Assembly: GCA_045862895.1 (NCBI GenBank)
Contig: BTUO01000002.1
Span: 113,141-177,140 of the forward strand
Direction of reading: 5' to 3'
Length of the DNA stretch: 64,000 nt
DNA from: Acidobacteriota bacterium
Lineage (GTDB): Bacteria > Acidobacteriota > Thermoanaerobaculia > Multivoradales > JAGPDF01
A program made the translations under genes and the position numbers. Position 1 is the stretch's first letter. The number at the start of each line of letters is the position of its first letter. A model generated the notes under the pieces. That model saw only the letters and a list, made by a program, of their open reading frames with translations, did no database searches and had not been told where the DNA came from. Below are positions 58,303-64,000 of this stretch, piece by piece.

Positions 58303-59448
58303 TCAGGCGCCCCCGGAGGCGAGTTGGGCGGTCGCGGTTTCGTCGAGGTCCGCGCCGAGCAGCTCGCGGCGGAAGCCGGTGAGCGGTGCCGCGAGCGGGG
58401 CGGTGCCGTCCCAGGCGGCGTAGAGGCGGCCGCGCTGGCGGCGGGAGAGCAGCAGCTCGGGCGGCAATCCGAGCTCGATCGCGCGGCGGGCGACGAGGTC
58501 GGCCACCGCGCGCTCGAGCAGCTCGCGGCGTTCGCGGTCGAGCGGCGAGCGCGGCCGCGGCGGGTCGGCGCTGGCGCCGGCCTCGGCCGCCTCGCGGGCG
58601 GCGGAGAGCGCGGCGATCCACTCGCCGGCGAAGGCGGCGTGACGGCGCGCCTCGAATCCGGGGAGCTTCGAGACCTCGCCCATCGTCGGCTCGGTCTTCC
58701 TCTGGGCCAGCGCGAGCAGGGTCTCGTCGCGCAGCAGGAACGGCCGGGCGAGGTCGCGGCGCTCGGCCTCGCGCTCGCGCCAGGCGGCGAGCTCCCGGGC
58801 GACGCGCCGCGCGAACGGCGGCAGTCGGTCGATCCCCTTGACCCGCCGCCAGGCCTCCTCCGGATCGGTCACGAAGTCCTCCTCGGCGAGCGTCGCCGAG
58901 TCCTCGAGCGCCCACGCCATCCGGCCGAGCTCCACCAGGCGCCGCTCGAGCTCGCGCGCCACGCCGGGCAAGTGCACGACGTCCTCGGCGGCGTAGCGCA
59001 GCTGCTCGGGCGAAAGCGGCCGGCGCAGCCAGTCGGTGCGCGTCTCGTGCTTGGGCAACTCGACCCCGGCGAGCTCGCGCACCAGCGCGGCGTAGGAGAG
59101 ATTGGTGCCGAGCCCGGCGAAGGCGGCGGCGATCTGGGTATCGAGCAGCGGGCGCGGCGGCACCCGCGTCGCGCGCCGCAGGATCGCGACGTCGCCCGCG
59201 CCGGCGTGCAGCACCTTGCGCGTCGACGTCGCGGCGAGCAGCGGTGCCAGGGTTTCGAGATCGCCGGCGGCGAGCGGGTCGACCAGCGCGATCTCGTCGT
59301 CGGCGGCGACCTGAATCAGGCCGAGTCGCGGCCGGTAGGTGCGCTCGAAGACGAATTCGGTGTCGAGACAGACCTCGTCGGCCGCGAGCCAGCGCTCGAC
59401 GGCTGCGGCGAGATCCTCGGGTCGGTCGATCCAGCGGCTCCCGGTCAC
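58303..59448 (-). CDS. rnd: Ribonuclease D
   Basis: DTEF..RTYRP, DTQIAA, DWLRRPLS..YAAEDV, HRDC region. Confidence 0.92.
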   Translation of the reverse strand: MTGSRWIDRPEDLAAAVERWLAADEVCLDTEFVFERTYRPRLGLIQVAADDEIALVDPLAAGDLETLAPLLAATSTRKVLHAGAGDVAILRRATRVPPRPLLDTQIAAAFAGLGTNLSYAALVRELAGVELPKHETRTDWLRRPLSPEQLRYAAEDVVHLPGVARELERRLVELGRMAWALEDSATLAEEDFVTDPEEAWRRVKGIDRLPPFARRVARELAAWREREAERRDLARPFLLRDETLLALAQRKTEPTMGEVSKLPGFEARRHAAFAGEWIAALSAAREAAEAGASADPPRPRSPLDRERRELLERAVADLVARRAIELGLPPELLLSRRQRGRLYAAWDGTAPLAAPLTGFRRELLGADLDETATAQLASGGA

Positions 59449-59496
59449 CGTCCGAGTCTACCGGCCACGGCGCGCGCGGCGTGGAAGAATCTCGTC

Positions 59497-60066
59497 ATGA
59501 CCGAACGAACCGGCGGACCCGACAGCGAAGCGCGCGTCCTGCGTTCCACGCCGGTGCACCGCGGCAAGGTGCTCGACCTGCGCCTCGAGGAGATCGAGCT
59601 ACCGTCCGGGCGACGTTCGACGCTCGAGCTGATCCGTCACCCCGGCGCGGCCGCGGTGGTGCCGCTGACCGACGACGGCGAGGTGCTGCTGGTGCGCCAG
59701 TACCGCCACGCCACCGGCGGTCACTGGCTGCTCGAGATCCCCGCCGGCAAGCTCGATCCGGGCGAGACTCCCGAGATCTGCGCGGCGCGCGAGTGCGAGG
59801 AGGAGGTCGGCGTGCGGCCGGCCGAGCTGGTGCCGCTCGGCTGGATCTGGACCACGCCCGGCTTCACCGACGAGCGGATCTGGCTCTTCCTCGCGCGCGG
59901 CCTCCGGGCCGGACGGCAGGACCTGCAGGACGACGAGGAGCTCTCGATCGAGCGGCTGCCGCTCGCCGAGGCGGTGGCGCGGGCGCTCGACGGCGGCATC
60001 GACGACGGCAAGTCGATCGCCGCGCTGCTGCGCGCCGCGGCCTACCTGGGCGTCTCGGCCGACTGA
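59497..60066 (+). CDS. NUDIX hydrolase (ADP-ribose pyrophosphatase-like)
   Basis: HPGA, RQYR, EIPAGKLDPGETPEICAARECEEEVG Nudix box. Confidence 0.9.
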   Translation: MTERTGGPDSEARVLRSTPVHRGKVLDLRLEEIELPSGRRSTLELIRHPGAAAVVPLTDDGEVLLVRQYRHATGGHWLLEIPAGKLDPGETPEICAARECEEEVGVRPAELVPLGWIWTTPGFTDERIWLFLARGLRAGRQDLQDDEELSIERLPLAEAVARALDGGIDDGKSIAALLRAAAYLGVSAD

Positions 60067-60479
60067 TCCGCCGGCGGGCCCTCACCCGACAGCGGAGCCT
60101 CGGGCTCCCACGCGAGCCGCGTCCCTGCGGGCAGGAGCTCGATGCGCGCCACCGTCATGCTGGCGAGACCGCTCCAGCGCATCTGGAATCGGAAGGCGAC
60201 CCGGTCGCCCGGCGCGAGGCCTTCGAGTGAGACGCCCGGGGCGACCTTGAACGACATCGTCATCGACTCCATGCCGACGACCTCGCCTTCGGCGTTGCGG
60301 AAGTCGGGAATGGCCTCGTGGCGAAGCCAGATCTCGGCGCTGGTCGCGTCCGGCAGGCGCGCGATCTCGCCGCGCGTCTCGTAATCGGCGTCTCCGGCGG
60401 GGGTGGCGTCGCGGCCGCCGCAGGCGGCGAGCGCGAGCAGGGTGCAGCAGAGCGTGACGCGGAAGGCTCGAACCGGCAT
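60042..60479 (-). CDS. CusF-like copper-binding lipoprotein
   Basis: Lipobox LAAC; HEAIP..MESMTMSF..GDRVAF. Confidence 0.78.
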   Translation of the reverse strand: MPVRAFRVTLCCTLLALAACGGRDATPAGDADYETRGEIARLPDATSAEIWLRHEAIPDFRNAEGEVVGMESMTMSFKVAPGVSLEGLAPGDRVAFRFQMRWSGLASMTVARIELLPAGTRLAWEPEAPLSGEGPPADQSAETPR

Positions 60480-60504
60480 GCTGCGGAGCCTATCCGAGCG
60501 CGGA

Positions 60505-61995
60505 TCAGACGGCCGGATCCTCCGATCCGGGGGCGCCGAACAGCAGCTCGATCAACGGCCGGTCGGCCGCTCGCGCGAACAGGAAGACGTGGTCGCCGGG
60601 CTCGAGCAGGGTCGAGCCCCGCGCCGGGATCAACCGGGAGCCGCGCACCACCAGCAGCACCGCGGCGCCTTCGGGGAAGGGCACGTCGCGGATCGCGGCG
60701 CCGGCGACCGCGAGCGCCGGAGAGATGTGGAACGAGACCACTTCGCCGTCGATCTCGTCGGTCGAGACCATCTCGAGCACGGCGCGCGGCACCGGCGCCG
60801 GGGCCTCCTCGAGCCGGGCGCGGCGCGCCGCCCAGCCGAGCGCGGCGCCGGGCAGCACCGCTCCGATCAGCACGATGAAGAAGACGCCGTGGAAGACTTC
60901 GCGCGCGCCGTCGATGCCGGCGAGGACCGGGAAGATCGCGAGCACGATCGGCACCGCGCCGCGCAGTCCGGCCCAGCCGATGAACAGCGACTCGCGCAGC
61001 CGGTAGCCGAACGGCGCGAGGCAGAGCAGGGTCACCAGCGGCCGGGCGACGACCGTGAGCGCCAGAGCGACGCCGACGCCCCAGCCGACCGCGGGGAGCG
61101 CGTCGGCCGGCGTCACCAGCAGGCCGAGCAGCAGGAACATGCCGACCTGGGAGAGCCAGGCCGTGGCGTCGTGGAAGCGCAGCAGCCCCGAACGGTAGGG
61201 CAGGCGCTCGCTGCCGAGCAGCAGCCCGGCGAGGTAGACGGCGAGCAGCCCGCTGCCCTGGAGCACGGTCGCCGCGCCGAAGGCGATCAGCGCGGTCGAG
61301 ATCGTGAGCACCGGGTAGAGACCGGAGGTCGCGGACCGGAAGCGGCGCAGGACCCGCGCGGCGCCGCGGCCGACCGCCCAGCCGACCACGCCGCCGATCG
61401 CGAACTGCAGGACGACGCCGCCGGCGAGCGCGACCGGACTCGACTCTTCGCCCGCCAGCCACCGCGTGATGCCGATGGTGAGCAGCACGGCCATCGGGTC
61501 ATTGAGCCCCGACTCGACCTCGATGGTCGTCGCGACCCGATCGCGCAAGCGCAGGCGCGCTCCGCGCAGCTGAGCGAAGACCGCGGCGGCGTCGGTCGAC
61601 GAGACGATCGCGCCGACGAGCGCAGCCTGGGACCAGGGCAGGCCGAAGGCTCTCGCGGCGAGCGCGGTCAGCGCGGCGACCAGGACGACGCCGACCGTGG
61701 CCAGCAGGCCCGCCGGCCGGATCACGCGCCGGACCGCGTCGAGCGAGGTGTTGAGACCGCCGTCGAACAGGATCAGCACCAGCGCCAGCGTGCCGAGCCG
61801 GAAGCTGCTGCCGAAGTCGTCGAACAGGATGCCGCCGGGGCCGTTCACGCCGGCCAGCATGCCGATGCCGAGGAAGACCAGGTAGAACGGCAGGCCGAAG
61901 CGGCCCGAGAGCCGGCTCGAGAGCGCGCCGGCGGCCACCAGGATACCGATCGTCACCAGCCACCAGCCGGTGGCGAGGGGTTCCGCGGTCGTCAC
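60505..61995 (-). CDS. Potassium/proton antiporter (NhaP2/CvrA-like) with TrkA-C domain
   Basis: LFDGGL, STDAAAVF, ESGLNDP, GLRGAVPIVLA. Confidence 0.92.
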   Translation of the reverse strand: MTTAEPLATGWWLVTIGILVAAGALSSRLSGRFGLPFYLVFLGIGMLAGVNGPGGILFDDFGSSFRLGTLALVLILFDGGLNTSLDAVRRVIRPAGLLATVGVVLVAALTALAARAFGLPWSQAALVGAIVSSTDAAAVFAQLRGARLRLRDRVATTIEVESGLNDPMAVLLTIGITRWLAGEESSPVALAGGVVLQFAIGGVVGWAVGRGAARVLRRFRSATSGLYPVLTISTALIAFGAATVLQGSGLLAVYLAGLLLGSERLPYRSGLLRFHDATAWLSQVGMFLLLGLLVTPADALPAVGWGVGVALALTVVARPLVTLLCLAPFGYRLRESLFIGWAGLRGAVPIVLAIFPVLAGIDGAREVFHGVFFIVLIGAVLPGAALGWAARRARLEEAPAPVPRAVLEMVSTDEIDGEVVSFHISPALAVAGAAIRDVPFPEGAAVLLVVRGSRLIPARGSTLLEPGDHVFLFARAADRPLIELLFGAPGSEDPAV

Positions 61996-62037
61996 GTGCC
62001 GGATGGTACCGGAGCGGCGCGTGACGGCGCCAAGCCG

Positions 62038-63285
62038 TCAGCGCACCAGGAGGGTCGCGAGACCGAGCAGCAGGCCCATGCTGACCACGTCGGTGGCGGT
62101 GGTCAGGAAGATGCTCGAGGCGGTGGCCGGGTCGGCGCCGAGCCGTTTGAGCGTCAGCGGCACCAGCGCGCCCGACAGGCCGCTGACCACGCAGCTGCCG
62201 ATCATCGCCAGCCAGACCACCAGGCCGAGCATCCAGGCGTCGGCGCGCCCCTGCGAGGTCGCGACGAAGACCATGCCGCCGGCGGCGACCAGGCCGACCA
62301 GCGCGCCGTTGAGCAGCCCGAGCCAGGCCTCCTTGACGAACAGGCGACGGCTCTTGCCGGGCTCGAGCTCGCCCAGTGTGATTCCTCGCAGCGTGACCGC
62401 CAGGGCCTGGCAGCCGGTGTTGCCCGACTGCCCGGCGAGCACCGGCAGGAACATCGCGAGCACCACGAGGCGATCGACCGTTTCCTGGAAGACCGCGACC
62501 ACCGCGCCGGCGACGAAGGCGGTGAACAGGTTGAGCTGCAGCCAGGGGTGGCGGAACTTGAGGCTGCGCGGCCAGCGCGTCGCCAGCCGCTCCTCCTTGT
62601 CGATACCGACCATCCGTCCGGCCTGGGCGCTGATCTCGATGGCCTCCTGCTCGAACAGGGTGCGGCCGCGCACCATGCCGACCAGCCGGCCGCCGGCATC
62701 GACCACCGGGTAGGCGGGGACGTGGAGCGTCACCACGTCGCGCGCGGCGTCGAGCACGGTGAGCTCCGGGCGCAGCGCGAACGGCCTGGCGACCATGATC
62801 TCGGAGAGCCGCTGCTCGGGCTCGGCGAACAGCAATTCACGGAAAGCGAAGACCCCCTCGAGCCGCCCCTGGTCGTCGGTGACGAAGCCGTAGACGATGT
62901 GCGCGCGCCGGGTCAGCTCGCGCAGGCGGTCGGTCGCCTCGCCCACCGTGGTCTCCGGCCGGAAGACGGCGAGCGGCCGCTCCATCAGCCGGCCGATCGT
63001 CCCCTCTTCGTACTGCGAATCGAGCAGCCACTGCTCCCCGCGCCCGCCGGGGGCGGCCGTCGCCAGGCGCGCCCGGCGCTCCGGCTCCATCTCCCAAAGG
63101 ATCTCGACCGCGGTCGCCGGCGTGACCAGCGTCAGCGCGCCGGCGGCGCGCTCGTCGGGGACGCCGTCGAGCGCGGCGGCGGCCTCCTCGGGCGGCAGGT
63201 AGGCGAGCCGGGTCGCGAGCGAATGGGTTTCGGAATCGGGTTCGAACGACTTCGGATCGTCGGCCGCGGCTGCGTCGGTCGTCAC
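62038..63285 (-). CDS. mgtE: Magnesium transporter MgtE
   Basis: CBS pair, GNTGCQA, DPATASSIFLTTATDV. Confidence 0.9.
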   Translation of the reverse strand: MTTDAAAADDPKSFEPDSETHSLATRLAYLPPEEAAAALDGVPDERAAGALTLVTPATAVEILWEMEPERRARLATAAPGGRGEQWLLDSQYEEGTIGRLMERPLAVFRPETTVGEATDRLRELTRRAHIVYGFVTDDQGRLEGVFAFRELLFAEPEQRLSEIMVARPFALRPELTVLDAARDVVTLHVPAYPVVDAGGRLVGMVRGRTLFEQEAIEISAQAGRMVGIDKEERLATRWPRSLKFRHPWLQLNLFTAFVAGAVVAVFQETVDRLVVLAMFLPVLAGQSGNTGCQALAVTLRGITLGELEPGKSRRLFVKEAWLGLLNGALVGLVAAGGMVFVATSQGRADAWMLGLVVWLAMIGSCVVSGLSGALVPLTLKRLGADPATASSIFLTTATDVVSMGLLLGLATLLVR

Positions 63286-63348
63286 GTCGTCTCCTCGGGA
63301 GCCGGCGAAGCCTAACCCGGGACCCGCCGTTGTTACACTGCCGGCGCG

Positions 63349-64000
63349 ATGGCGAACGACCGGCCGAGGTGGGGCAAGGGGACGCGCAGCACGGAGGACC
63401 GCAAGCTCCTCCAGGGCCCGTCCTGGCGGCTGGTCGAGCTGCAGCGGATCCACCGGATCGCCACCGAGTTCCTGCGCGGCTTCCGCGCCCTGCACTTCGC
63501 CGGGCCGTGCGTCACCGTGTTCGGTTCGGCGCGATTCCCGCCGGGACATCGCTGGTACGAGCTCGCGCGCGAGATGGGCGGACGGCTCGCCGACGCCGGC
63601 TTCACCGTGATGACCGGCGGCGGGCCCGGCGTGATGGAGGGGGCCAACCGCGGCGCGCGCGAGGCCGGCGGGCGGTCGATCGGCTGCAACATCGAGCTGC
63701 CGCACGAGCAGAATCCCAACCCCTACCTCGACCGCTTCGTCGAGTTTCGCTACTTCTTCGTGCGCAAGGTGATGCTGGTCAAGTACTCCTACGGTTTCGT
63801 GGTGCTGCCGGGCGGCTTCGGCACCATGGACGAGATCTTCGAGACCGCGACGCTGATCCAGACCGGCAAGATCCCCGGCTTCCCGTTGATCCTGATGGGC
63901 GCCGACTACTGGAAGGACCTGTTCGAGCTGCTGCGCGACTCGATGCTCCCGGCCGGGACCATCGACGCGGCCGACATCGATCGCCTGCACTTGACCGATT
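63349..64000 (+). CDS. LOG-family Rossmann-fold protein (3'-truncated)
   Basis: [36 protein letters not shown]; runs off the window end. Confidence 0.9.
   Translation, partial: MANDRPRWGKGTRSTEDRKLLQGPSWRLVELQRIHRIATEFLRGFRALHFAGPCVTVFGSARFPPGHRWYELAREMGGRLADAGFTVMTGGGPGVMEGANRGAREAGGRSIGCNIELPHEQNPNPYLDRFVEFRYFFVRKVMLVKYSYGFVVLPGGFGTMDEIFETATLIQTGKIPGFPLILMGADYWKDLFELLRDSMLPAGTIDAADIDRLHLTD

Noticed and set aside
60042-60066. 25-bp overlap of the convergent NUDIX and CusF-like genes
   Set aside because: Short 3' overlaps are common in compact high-GC genomes; no sign of special function.

Overview
High-GC bacterial chromosomal window. The gene content and a recurring 'FxDGFESGD' C-terminal tail suggest an Acidobacteriota/Thermoanaerobaculia-like host (inference). 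Bases 1-17.3 kb hold the 3' part of a RiPP gene cluster that runs off the left edge. It contains at least two tandem NHLP-leader precursors with an identical acidic 29-aa core (ATVKGDANCNDSDGAMNTVVEINAEFSLI), a class II lanthipeptide synthetase (LanM) fused in frame to a tandem GNAT acyltransferase, two TolC-like proteins with large insertions, an HlyD adaptor, a C39 peptidase-ABC transporter, a second ABC transporter with an N-terminal FHA domain, an HExxH protein and an anti-sigma-type ATPase. A convergent FHA protein follows. The best candidate product is a fatty-acylated lanthipeptide with phospho-regulated export. The rest of the window is mostly housekeeping and accessory genes: three Ser/Thr kinases, an ECF sigma/kinase pair, a di-heme cytochrome c propeller protein, UbiD, M23 peptidase, R2lox/SCP2, rfbB, rnd, MscS and mgtE. 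Four unrelated secreted proteins share the C-terminal motif [IVL][FL]xD[GD]F[ED][ST]G[DG]xxxWS, a candidate sorting signal. No rRNA, tRNA, CRISPR array or transposase was recognised. All family assignments come from motif recognition by eye, not from database searches.
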